Source of the DNA: Monocercomonoides exilis PA203
Lineage: Eukaryota; Protista; Preaxostyla
Length of the DNA stretch: 43,604 bases
Reading direction: 5' to 3'
Assembly: GCA_001643675.2 (NCBI GenBank)
Contig: LSRY02000084.1
Coordinates: 1 to 43,604 of the forward strand
Below the pieces are notes generated by a model that was not told the origin of the DNA, did no database searches, and saw only the letters and a list, made by a program, of their open reading frames with translations. Made by a program: the position numbers and the translations under genes. Shown piece by piece: positions 29,301-40,135 of this stretch. The stretch's first letter is position 1; every line of letters begins with the position of its first letter.

Positions 29301-32300
29301 GACTGAAAAATGAAAATATTTTTTAAAAAAGAAAGAATGACCAGACAACAAAAAGAATGTGTGTTTGGGAGGTGTTATGACAAAAGTTAAAAAGAAAAAT
29401 AAAAACAAATTGCACCTTTCAAAACCTCGGATCGTCAATTCTGAGCAAAATCGATAGATTTTGCCTGCCAACACAAAAATAAAAATTTAAAAAAATTGCA
29501 TAAAAATAACTTACAAACCGAATTGAATGCGAGTTGCTGCGCAACGTGTAACAATTGGCGACACACACATATCGCTCGCCTCCACCCCAAATGCTCACCC
29601 CTTTTCTGATAAAGAAGGAAAAAATGACTGAAAAAGGGGTCATTCAGATAGACTGAAAAAATGAAAATATTTTTAAAAAAGAAAGAATGACCAGACAACA
29701 AAAAGAATGTGTGTTTGGGAGGTGTTATGACAAAAGTTAAAAAAGAAAAATAAAAACAAATTGCACCTTTCAAAACCTCGGATCGTCAATTCTGAGCAAA
29801 ATCGATAGATTTTGCCTGCCAACACAAAAATAAAAATTTAAAAAAATTGCATAAAAATAACTTACAAACCGAATTGAATGCGAGTTGCTGCGCAACGTGT
29901 AACAATTGGCGACACACACATATCGCTCGCCTCCACCCCAAATGCTCACCCCTTTTCTGATAAAGAAGGAAAAAATGACTGAAAAAGGGGTCATTCAGAT
30001 AGACTGAAAAAATGAAAATATTTTTTTAAAAAAGAAAGAATGACCAGACAACAAAAAGAATGTGTGTTTGGGAGGTGTTATGACAAAAGTTAAAAAGAAA
30101 AATAAAAACAAATTGCACCTTTCAAAACCTCGGATCGTCAATTCTGAGCAAAATCGATAGATTTTGCCTGCCAACACAAAAATAAAAATTTAAAAAAATT
30201 GCATAAAAATAACTTACAAACCGAATTGAATGCGAGTTGCTGCGCAACGTGTAACAATTGGCGACACACACATATCGCTCGCCTCCACCCCAAATGCTCA
30301 CCCCTTTTCTGATAAAGAAGGAAAAAATGACTGAAAAAGGGGGTCATTCAGATAGACTGAAAAAATGAAAATATTTTTTTAAAAAGAAAGAATGACCAGA
30401 CAACAAAAAGAATGTGTTTGGGAGGTGTTATGACAAAAGTTAAAAAAGAAAAATAAAAACAAATTGCACCTTTCAAAACCTCGGATCGTCAATTCTGAGC
30501 AAAATCGATAGATTTTGCCTGCCAACAAAAAATAAAAATTTAAAAAAATTGCATAAAAATAACTTACAAACCGAATTGAATGCGAGTTGCTGCGCAACGT
30601 GTAACAATTGGCGACACACACATATCGCTCGCCTCCACCCCAAATGCTCACCCCTTTTCTGATAAAGAAGGAAAAATGACTGAAAAAGGGGGTCATTCAG
30701 ATAGACTGAAAAAATGAAAATATTTTTAAAAAAGAAAGAATGACCAGACAACAAAAAGAATGTGTGTTTGGGAGGTGTTATGACAAAAGTTAAAAAGAAA
30801 AATAAAAACAAATTGCACCTTTCAAAACCTCGGATCGTCAATTCTGAGCAAAATCGATAGATTTTGCCTGCCAACACAAAAATAAAAATTTAAAAAAATT
30901 GCATAAAAATAACTTACAAACCGAATTGAATGCGAGTTGCTGCGCAACGTGTAACAATTGGCGACACACACATATCGCTCGCCTCCACCCCAAATGCTCA
31001 CCCCTTTTCTGATAAAGAAGGAAAAAATGACTGAAAAAGGGGGTCATTCAGATAGACTGAAAAATGAAAATATTTTTTTAAAAAGAAAGAATGACCAGAC
31101 AACAAAAAGAATGTGTGTTTGGGAGGTGTTATGACAAAAGTTAAAAAAGAAAAATAAAAACAAATTGCACCTTTCAAAACCTCGGATCGTCAATTCTGAG
31201 CAAAATCGATAGATTTTGCCTGCCAACACAAAAAAATAAAAATTTAAAAAAATTGCATAAAAATAACTTACAAACCGAATTGAATGCGAGTTGCTGCGCA
31301 ACGTGTAACAATTGGCGACACACACATATCGCTCGCCTCCACCCCAAATGCTCACCCCTTTTCTGATAAAGAAGGAAAAATGACTGAAAAAGGGGTCATT
31401 CAGATAGACTGAAAAAATGAAAATATTTTTTTAAAAAGAAAGAATGACCAGACAACAAAAAGAATGTGTGTTTGGGAGGTGTTATGACAAAAGTTAAAAA
31501 AGAAAAATAAAAACAAATTGCACCTTTCAAAACCTCGGATCGTCAATTCTGAGCAAAATCGATAGATTTTGCCTGCCAACACAAAAAATAAAAATTTAAA
31601 AAAATTGCATAAAAATAACTTACAAACCGAATTGAATGCGAGTTGCTGCGCAACGTGTAACAATTGGCGACACACACATATCGCTCGCCTCCACCCCAAA
31701 TGCTCACCCCTTTTCTGATAAAGAAGGAAAAATGACTGAAAAGGGGGTCATTCAGATAGACTGAAAAATGAAAATATTTTTTTAAAAAAGAAAGAATGAC
31801 CAGACAACAAAAAGAATGTGTGTTTGGGAGGTGTTATGACAAAAGTTAAAAAAGAAAAATAAAAACAAATTGCACCTTTCAAAACCTCGGATCGTCAATT
31901 CTGAGCAAAATCGATAGATTTTGCCTGCCAACACAAAATAAAAATTTAAAAAATTGCATAAAAATAACTTACAAACCGAATTGAATGCGAGTTGCTGCGC
32001 AACGTGTAACAATTGGCGACACACATATCGCTCGCCTCCACCCCAAATGCTCACCCCTTTTCTGATAAAGAAGGAAAAATGACTGAAAAAGGGGGTCATT
32101 CAGATAGACTGAAAAATGAAAATATTTTTTAAAAAAGAAAGAATGACCAGACAACAAAAAGAATGTGTGTTTGGGAGGTGTTATGACAAAAGTTAAAAAA
32201 GAAAAATAAAAACAAATTGCACCTTTCAAAACCTCGGATCGTCAATTCTGAGCAAAATCGATAGATTTTGCCTGCCAACCTAAAAAAAATAAAAATTTAA

Positions 32301-33120
32301 AAAAATTGCATAAAAATAACTTACAAACCGAATTGAATGCGAGTTGCTGCGCAACGTGTAACAATTGGCGACACACACATATCGCTCGCCTCCACCCCAA
32401 ATGCTCACCCCTTTTCTGATAAAGAAGGAAAAATGACTGAAAAAGGGGGTCATTCAGATAGACTGAAAAAATGAAAATATTTTTTTAAAAAGAAAGAATG
32501 ACCAGACAACAAAAAGAATGTGTGTTTGGGAGGTGTTATGACAAAAGTTAAAAAAGAAAAATAAAAACAAATTGCACCTTTCAAAACCTCGGATCGTCAA
32601 TTCTGAGCAAAATCGATAGATTTTGCCTGCCAACACAAAAAAATAAAAATTTAAAAAATTGCATAAAAATAACTTACAAACCGAATTGAATGCGAGTTGC
32701 TGCGCAACGTGTAACAATTGGCGACACACACATATCGCTCGCCTCCACCCCAAATGCTCACCCCTTTTCTGATAAAGAAGGAAAAAATGACTGAAAAAGG
32801 GGGTCATTCAGATAGACTGAAAAATGAAAATATTTTTTTAAAAAGAAAGAATGACCAGACAACAAAAAGAATGTGTGTTTGGGAGGTGTTATGACAAAAG
32901 TTAAAAAGAAAAATAAAAACAAATTGCACCTTTCAAAACCTCGGATCGTCAATTCTGAGCAAAATCGATAGATTTTGCCTGCCAACACAAAATAAAAATT
33001 TAAAAAAATTGCATAAAAATAACTTACAAACCGAATTGAATGCGAGTTGCTGCGCAACGTGTAACAATTGGCGACACACACATATCGCTCCACCCCAAAT
33101 GCTCACCTTTTCTGAGTAAA
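2321..33120. repeat. Subtelomeric tandem satellite, ~352-bp unit, 87 complete copies plus a ~180-bp partial copy
   Basis: The marker acctcggatcgtcaattctgagc recurs 88 times (2321, 2678, 3032, 3387 ... 32586, 32938), with spacing of roughly 341-361 bp. Copies differ almost only in homopolymer length or small indels. Similarity stops after ...gctcaccttttctgagtaaa at ~33120. Confidence 0.98.
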
Positions 33121-33152
33121 AAAGCGAAAGCATTCGCGTTTTTATCAGAAAA
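33108..33152. other. 45-bp imperfect palindrome at the centromere-side boundary of the satellite
   Basis: TTTTCTGAgTAAAAAaGCGAAaG|CaTTCGCgTTTTTATCAGAAAA gives 20 complementary pairs, two mismatches and one bulged G. The outer left arm is the satellite motif TTTTCTGATAAA. Confidence 0.85.
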
Positions 33153-34732
33153 AACGTTCGCTATTTTGGATGTCGGACTCGCGCAGAGCGTAAAATGAAG
33201 TTTCTTATCGTGATCTTTGTTAATATTTGATTACAGCTGTTTAATCATTTTCAATGATCTTTTGTATTATATTTGTATGCTTTCTAAATGATCAAAAAAT
33301 TTATTTTTCACATATTGAAATTTCAATCTATTAATAAATGAAATTATTTTTTAAGTATATCTCACAGTTAAGTGCTAAATATCAATGTCAAATTTTCATA
33401 AATATCTACTTATTGAAATATTTACACATTTTTATTTTTCTAAATTGTTCATATTTGTGGAAATTTTATTTGTTATACAATAATTCACTTATTTATTTTG
33501 TTTGAGTTTACGCAAAAATTTTTTATTCCAATCTGGTTAATTACGAAGTGTCTTTTTCAACAACTTTCATTCATTTTCAATACATAAATCAACGAAAAAT
33601 GTCACCTAATAATGATGTGAAGTCAGATAGAAAAAAAAATTTAACGATTAAAAATTGAATTTTTAACATAGAAAAATGGTTATGATCTAGATCAAACATT
33701 TTTTTTAAAAAATTTATATTTAATAAAGAAGAAGGAATTAGTGGTTGATGAAAAGTTACGTATATGGGTAATAATATGAGAGGAATTGATTGATATTAAA
33801 ATCAGAAATTAATTGATTCAAATTGTGGAATGATATGTTAAATAAAATTTTTTCTGTCAAAATTTTCATAATTATTTTTAAAATATCTCGATAAATAAAT
33901 TTTTCTAAGCCGTGAGACTTTACCAGAGTGTTAGTTGGACTATTTGTGAATTTTTGAAGTCAGGGTCAAAAATTCGAAAAATGAGAAATTTTCATTTTTT
34001 CTGATTAAGTTGAATTTAGCTCAAGTTATTCATAAAAATAGAAAAATTGGTGAAAATCGGTTTTTATGAAAGTTGTGATCGAAACTTATGAAAACACAAA
34101 AAGTTCGGATAATTCGCGAATAGTCCGCTGAATTTTTTTTTCGGGCCAGATTGGTCTGGTTAGAGAGAAAATGTCATAAGAATATTTTAACTGAAAAAGT
34201 GGTGATCTTAGATCAAGGACCGAAAAATATGGGGTCTCAGATTCCTTTGATAATTGGCAGGTGGCAAGGACGTGGGCCCCTTATAAACATACTCGAATCT
34301 AAATTTTTCTGTCGAGCGGTTGTGGCAGGGCAGTGCGGACAAGTTGGCCATTTTGACTGAAAAAATGAAAAAATTTTTTCTCGAAAATTTCAAAGTCGAT
34401 ATAAAATACGATTAAGCACATGAATACGACTTCTAATGTTGTATATTGACGATTTTTTGTTGGATACACTTATTTGTAGTTTTTGAGTTTTAATCGAATT
34501 TTTGAGTGAAAATGTTCATTTTTGAGGTAAATCGAGTATAACTCCAGAAGTAACAGCCAGATAAATTTGAAATTAATATATGATATATGTGCATATAGTG
34601 CGGTAAGAGCATGCATATGGGTGTTGGTGGTGGGGGTCTGGCAGGCGGTGCAGAAAAGAAATATATTTTTCATAGTGACTGGGGTGCTTGGTTAGTGAGG
34701 TCACAGAGAGTGAACCAGGGGCAAGTGGCTGA

Positions 34733-34794
34733 ATCGAAACACATATGACCGGCACAGTAACCCATGCCCGGATGTGGCCAAACGGCGTTTCGAT
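34733..34794. other. Nested stem-loop within a locally G-rich patch (function unknown)
   Basis: Outer stem ATCGAAAC/GTTTCGAT, inner stems ACAT/ATGT and CCGGCA/TGCC(C)GG closing the loop CAGTAACCCA, and a side hairpin GCC-AAAC-GGC. Confidence 0.4.
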
Positions 34795-35049
34795 CGGCCC
34801 AGTGGTTGCTGAGAAATCCGATCGGCTAGTTGTTTTGAGTTCGGTTCTGATTTTTCACATAGAAAAATGACTTGGGGGTATTGACTTGGTGATGCTGTGG
34901 AGTGTGAGAGGAGGGCAAGTGATCGGAGTTAGAGGGATATGTTGGGGAATGTTAGTGGAGGTAGGATGTGGTGCAATTACTAAGAGATTGGGTCAGCGGA
35001 TATTCCTCCACACATCAATCAGTATAATTACTATTTGAAAATTGAATTT

Positions 35050-37320
35050 TTCTTTTATAATTTTTTTGAAAAATTTATTGCAATGTTAAACCTGCCATTC
35101 AACTTTTTATTGCATTGCTTATCATATTATTAAACAAACTTTATTACTGCAACATAAAAATCCACTTTCGATAAATTGCAAATAAATAATATTGATCAAA
35201 TCAAATTTTCATGTTTTAAAGATCCTATTTTGGAACATGTTGTAAATCAGTAATCTTCTTCGTCAAACAAAGTAAAATCATCGTGCAACTTTTCTTCAGC
35301 AACTTTTTAACACGTAAATCTTCTATTTAACAGCTTATAACTTTTGGACTTGCATCTTTTTCCATATATTTCAGTAATCAAATAATTTGTGAATGATGCA
35401 AAAAATGTTGATTGCATACTCAATGTGCACTATTTCCGGCTGCGCAAATAAACATTCTTCTATGACAAAAGCATTTCTTCTGACATTCTTCCATCTTTGC
35501 AAAGAAATTCGTCAAAAATAGTTTAAGATTATCTGCTCATTCAAACCATGAATTATGATTCAAATTGAGATCGCTTTCGAAATAAGCATATACAGTTAAC
35601 TTTCTTCAATTGTATTACCAGTTTGTAATATTTCATCTTTCTTTTTGTACATTATCTTTCTAATCATATAAATTACTATTATTTCCAGAGATTATCTTAT
35701 ATCAAAACATGAAACATTTTTAAATCATTTCTTTTCATTTTTATCTTGCTAATTCAATCTCATGAAAAGAAAAATTTTTCTTTTGTTGAGTACAAACAGT
35801 TTCAATAATTTAATTCATTGAAATTGTTTGAAAGCAGATAATATTCCAGTAACATATAAGCTATAAATAATAATTCATGATAATTTGCAAGCATATTCAC
35901 ATATTTTACGCTCAATAAGATTGGCATTGACTTTCAATTGAATTGTATCACTTTTATTTTGAATTCAATTACCAAGTTTCCGCTTCATTTGATAATCTTT
36001 AGTTTTCATTCATATTTAATGAAGAACAATATCTTTATTTCCATCATTAGAAACTTTCGCAAGTTATTCAATTTCGTTGAGAAAGTTATAAAACTTCATT
36101 TTTGTTTGCCAAACTCTTTATTTTTAGTTTTTATTTGTTTTAATATTTCGTTTCAAAAATGCTCAATAAGAAACATAACAATTATGAACTTTCACCGTTA
36201 AAACAATCGTAAATTGTTAACCTTCTGAATTTCATTTTCAGATGATGTTTTCACAGAATTTTAAAAAACAAATGAACGAAAATCTCATTCCAATAATGAA
36301 TCAAAATATTTCTGTATGCATCTTATTAAATTGGAGATATTAATGAACATTCTTTTCAAAAATTTATTTGAAAAAAGTGAAATTTCCTTTCATCCGATCA
36401 TGTTTTCCATTGTCAATTTATGAAAATGTCAAAAACCTTGCTCCTTCTTTACTAAATCTAACAAACACTGCAGTAATCTAGACTAAATGCATAACAAATA
36501 GTTGCAAAAGCTGATTAGTGTGCTTCTGTAAATTTACTCTGCTTTTAATCCAACAAATTTTTCCTCAACGAAAATCAATACTTGGCAAAAATGGAAAAGT
36601 TTTCATTGAAAATATCATTTCTGGATGCATGGCAAAGATCATTCCCAAGTATTCCCTTCAAGCGTGTTTGTTGTTTCACCGAAGTTGAACTTCTTCTTCA
36701 TGTAATTATCCATATTTCTTCTTTGACACGAACGTTCATAATCTTACTGATAATGACAAAGATCTAAATGAATTTGTATCAAACTTTATATTATGTGTTC
36801 ATGCTTTTTTGCTTATTTTCTTTGTTCAACTTTTCTCAGCGATGGATTTACAAAACTTCAATCTTCATCTAGTTTTGTATATTGCTTCCGCATTCAACGA
36901 AAAACTGAAACACTTCACCTTTCGATTTCAATTGTCATATCGCTTTTCTTTTTTGCAATAAATTTCTTTGCAATTAACATTTCTCTTTCAAAACAATAAA
37001 ATTATTAAACAAACCTTTCTAAATAGTCCACCTTTGTTAATAGATAATTCCTTTCGAAAAACTTTGTAAATAACACTAATTTATTTTGTTCTTTCCAGAA
37101 TTGAACGATTCCATCGAATTCCTTTTATTTGACAAGAAGCATTCAATTATTCTCTTTTGTTCATTCTTGACTGAACAAAATGATTGAATTTTCAATATTC
37201 ATCTGTGACGTATTTCATTTCTAAAATATACTTTGATTTTCTGTTCATTTTTAACAGAACCTTTCTCGAACAGTCAAGTTTTCCATTTCTTGCTTTTGAA
37301 AGTGTATGTAATATTTTCAT
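35050..37320 (-). pseudogene. Possible decayed coding relic, unidentified
   Basis: The minus strand is A-rich with protein-like stretches (SVKNEQK encoded twice near 37150-37260; VAEEKLHDDFTLFDEEDY near 35250-35305). The plus strand gives F/I/S-rich ORFs typical of antisense shadows. The minus frames I translated are interrupted by stops, and no family motif was recognised. Confidence 0.2.
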
Positions 37321-37402
37321 TGACAATATTTGATGTGAATGATAAAAATATTTAAAATGGAGCAAGCCTGTCAGCAGATTAATTTCAATAAAGGCAAAAA
37401 AT

Positions 37403-40135
37403 TCAATTTCCAGAACGTCTTTTCAATTTCTTCTCTTTGCAATTAACAACAGAAGAAGATGATGTTTTCTTTGACAACTCTTCAAGCGACTTCTTTTTCT
37501 TTGTGAACGAGTCCGATTTATTTCTGTAACTTGCACGGATTAACTCATCAGCAGCATTCAGATCTTCATCTTCGTCATCAACTATGCTTATCGTTAAATC
37601 ATTGTTCATCTGCTCATTATCGCAACACACTTCTTCTTCGTTTCTATCATCTTCATCGTCTTCTCTGCTGTCTTCGCATTTGATTTCCTTCCATTCACTT
37701 GAATCCGAGCAACTTTCAGAATCATCAACATCTTCGGATTCACTTGACTCATTTCTTTGTAAACTGCAGTCATTCGCATCATCCTTTATGACTTTTATTG
37801 CGTGAGTATTATTTTCCTTGGCATCGTTCTCATCCTCGTCATCATGTATTATTTTCAAACAATGCAACACTTCGTCCCTGGAATATTCTGGGTGCCTTCG
37901 CCACTGCTTCTTTTGCAAGTTTCGCCAACGATCTTTAAGATCCTGACCACTTCTTCCATCGAATTGAAGCGACATGTCGCACCATCTCATTTTTTGCTGC
38001 TTACACCTTCTGAGCAGCTCATCTTCTTCCTTTGTGAAGAATCTTCTTTTCTTTTGCTTCTTTTTCACCTTTATGGCATTGGAACTTGTGGAATTTTTGT
38101 TGTTCATAAGTAATCTATTTGGAAGTTGATACGGGTTGTCTGATATAACTTCAACAGATGATGGTGAAGAAGAAGAACTTGAAGTTGCACTGCTGGAAGA
38201 TTGTGTTGAAGATGATGATGTGCATTCTTGGTTTGATTGTTTTCCTTCTCCATCTGAGTTCGTGTTTGTGGATTCGCTCCCTTCAGTGTTTTCGCTTTGA
38301 CCCTGTGACTCTTCATCGGATTGTTGAATTGAGAGATCATTTTCATTTGAAGATGATGTGCAGTTGGATGATGCTTCTTGAGGGAAACTGCCTTTTAAAT
38401 CTAGACTGCGTCTCACAGGATAATCACTTAGATTAACAAAATCATCAACCAAATTGTCAAGATTAGCTAATGATTTTGACAATTTACAAACCACGTCTTG
38501 TCGAATGATTTTCATTCTTATCGTGTGAAAGTCATTTTCCTTCAAAGCTCTAAAAAAGACTTTTCTTTTGGTGAATGCACGCTTTGCTCTCAAGGAAAGG
38601 TTTTCGTTCTTGTCGATATAAGCTTTAGCACATTTCTTCCATTGGTTTCGAATTTCCCTTTCACCATCTTCCAAGTGCTTCATTGCATCATTGAAATGAT
38701 CATTCACTGCATTTCTAAATGTCTGAAATTGTTCTTTGATTGTTCTTTTTGGGTCTGACAACTTGATACTATGATATGCAGCGATAGAAGTTAGAGCCAG
38801 ATCTATTACAGTATCTCCAGGCTTGGGATTCACTAATCTGGAGCATACCGTTATTTTCTTGGAGGTATTTCTGACGTAAGTTAACTGAGCCCTGCCAAAT
38901 GGGACCCAGTCAGCGACGTAAGCAGTGTGTTCAAGTATCCCTTTAACTTTTTCATCTGTTCCGGCTACCATAATTGCAGTACAGATGAAGCCTGCCCTGG
39001 AGTGAAAAGAAAAAGAGTTTACAAGGGTACCCTGCTTGCTCTGATCTTTTTCTGAACCTTAAGGACATTGCTGCTGGGCTCATGTCCCACAGCTTTTTCG
39101 ACAACACATTCTTCGGCCACTTTTGTCTCGTTTTCAAAGATAGATGGTGGTTAACCTGCAAATGACGCTCAAGCCAATAAACAGGATCTCTGACTTGTTC
39201 ATGTAAGCTGGTATGAGCAAATCTTCCTTCGATCGTTACAGAGTGGTTAGAGTTTGGATGTCCCTTCAGCCTTCTCAATCTGATTTCAACCAAGATGCAC
39301 TCAGCGTGTAAATCCGAAATTGTTACGTTTTTAACATCCTCTAAAAAACGTTTGCACATGTAATTGACCTAGCTCCGCAGTGAACAGCAAATAGAAAAAG
39401 AGAACAATCAAAATCAAAAACATATTACCAGAATTGCTTCTTTCAATGATAAGGGCTACATCGTCAAGCAGTGCCGCTTCTTTTCCTTCTCCTTCCCTTT
39501 TGTAGCATCCGCTTTTTCTGACAGAAGAAAAAGCAGATCGAATTGTTAATTTAAGCTCACTGGAAAAGAATTCTTTCGTTTGTTGAAGATGTTGTGATTT
39601 TAAAGATGGAATGACAACATTTTCAACACTTTTAATAGAATATAAACATTCAATGCAGAGAAATTGAATGAATGAAGAGATTGTTGATGATTGTATTGGA
39701 AAAGGTTGGCTTTTAAGCAATTTCGCATATGGAACGTAAAGTTTTTCAGCCCATTTATATTTGCGATGGAGAGAAGGAGATAGAATTGTAACTTGTTGAG
39801 AATAACGTTGTAATGTAAGCGGTTTGCTTTTTTTTTAAGGTTTTTGTAATTTTGTCTCCTTTTGTTGCTATCCCGCATTCAGCAAAAACTCATCCCAGTT
39901 TGAAGGCATTTCGAAATATGGTTTGTCCAATTCTTCAGCTTCTTTATCTTTTTCAAATATCCCAAAAAAATATAAATTAACAAAAATGAAATCAACAAGA
40001 TAAATATGCAAACATAAATATAAAAAAACCTTCAAAATGATTGCTTTCAACCTGTTTCAAGTTGTCTAACTTCTTGGTTCGAATATTAAACAGCAAATGT
40101 TTTGATCGAGGTTGTCGAAAATTTAAATTTGACAT
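37403..40135 (-). CDS. Tyrosine recombinase fused to a C-terminal TRF/telobox-like Myb domain (YR-Myb copy 1; ~890 aa reconstructed across frameshifts and one probable intron)
   Basis: Joining ORFs 39868-40050, 39331-39720, 38952-39359 and 37403-38971 across small indels gives, in order: an N-terminal core-binding-like segment (PFPIQSSTISSFIQFL...YSIKSVENVVIPSLK); LFAVHCGARSIT (Arg, 39368-39370); IRLRRLKG (Lys, 39264-39266); DPVYWLERHL; FHS-RAGF (His 39002-39004, Arg 38996-38998, one residue short of HxxR as read); VADW (38906-38908); QLTYV (Tyr, 38876-38878). These are followed by a helical region, a Ser-rich linker, a basic NLS-like KKKQKKRR, the Myb repeat and an acidic tail. The start at ATG 40135 is tentative. 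Confidence 0.85.
37909..38047 (-). other. Single Myb/SANT repeat with telobox signature, inside YR-Myb copy 1
   Basis: RRFFTKEEDELLRRCKQQKMRWCDMSLQFDGRSGQDLKDRWRNLQK has Myb aromatic spacing (F...W...W). The recognition helix LKDRWRNL (37916-37939) matches the LKD(K/R)WR(N/T) telobox of TRF1/TRF2 and plant TRB/TRFL proteins. Confidence 0.85.
39963..40029 (-). other. Putative short spliceosomal intron in YR-Myb copy 1
   Basis: An open frame from ATG 40135 (MSNLNFRQPRSKHLL...SNHFE) runs into GAAG|GTTTTTTTATATT, a 67-nt very T-rich segment with an in-frame stop. It ends TTTTTTT-G|GG ATA TTT GAA, and splicing there keeps the frame into GIFEKDKEAEEL. A canonical AG acceptor needs one A that is missing from the read. 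Confidence 0.4.

Noticed and set aside
2321-33120. CRISPR array, or tandem 5S rRNA / spliced-leader / snRNA gene array
   Set aside because: There are no unique spacers, the context is eukaryotic, and I recognise no 5S, tRNA, SL or snRNA sequence in the unit. An Rfam search would be the formal test.
2307-33133. The many short ORFs (MTPFFSHF..., MSIWGGGERY...) in the array
   Set aside because: They are translations of the T-rich strand of a tandem repeat. Frames vary with homopolymer length and show no protein motif.
34733-34794. Telomerase RNA template region
   Set aside because: Only TAACCC is present. A template needs about 1.5 repeats (e.g. CTAACCCTAA), and no other telomerase RNA features were seen.
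35050-35940. Reassigned stop codons (TGA=Trp, TAR=Gln) giving an Sfi1-like W-repeat protein on the minus strand
   Set aside because: One frame has TGA in Trp-like contexts, but off-frame NNT-GAN codons explain that equally well, and neighbouring frames look just as protein-like. The 522-aa recombinase frame uses only TGG for Trp and has no internal stops.
37584-38758. Plus-strand ORFs overlapping YR-Myb copy 1 (also 43027-43565 over copy 2)
   Set aside because: Antisense shadows of the minus-strand genes.
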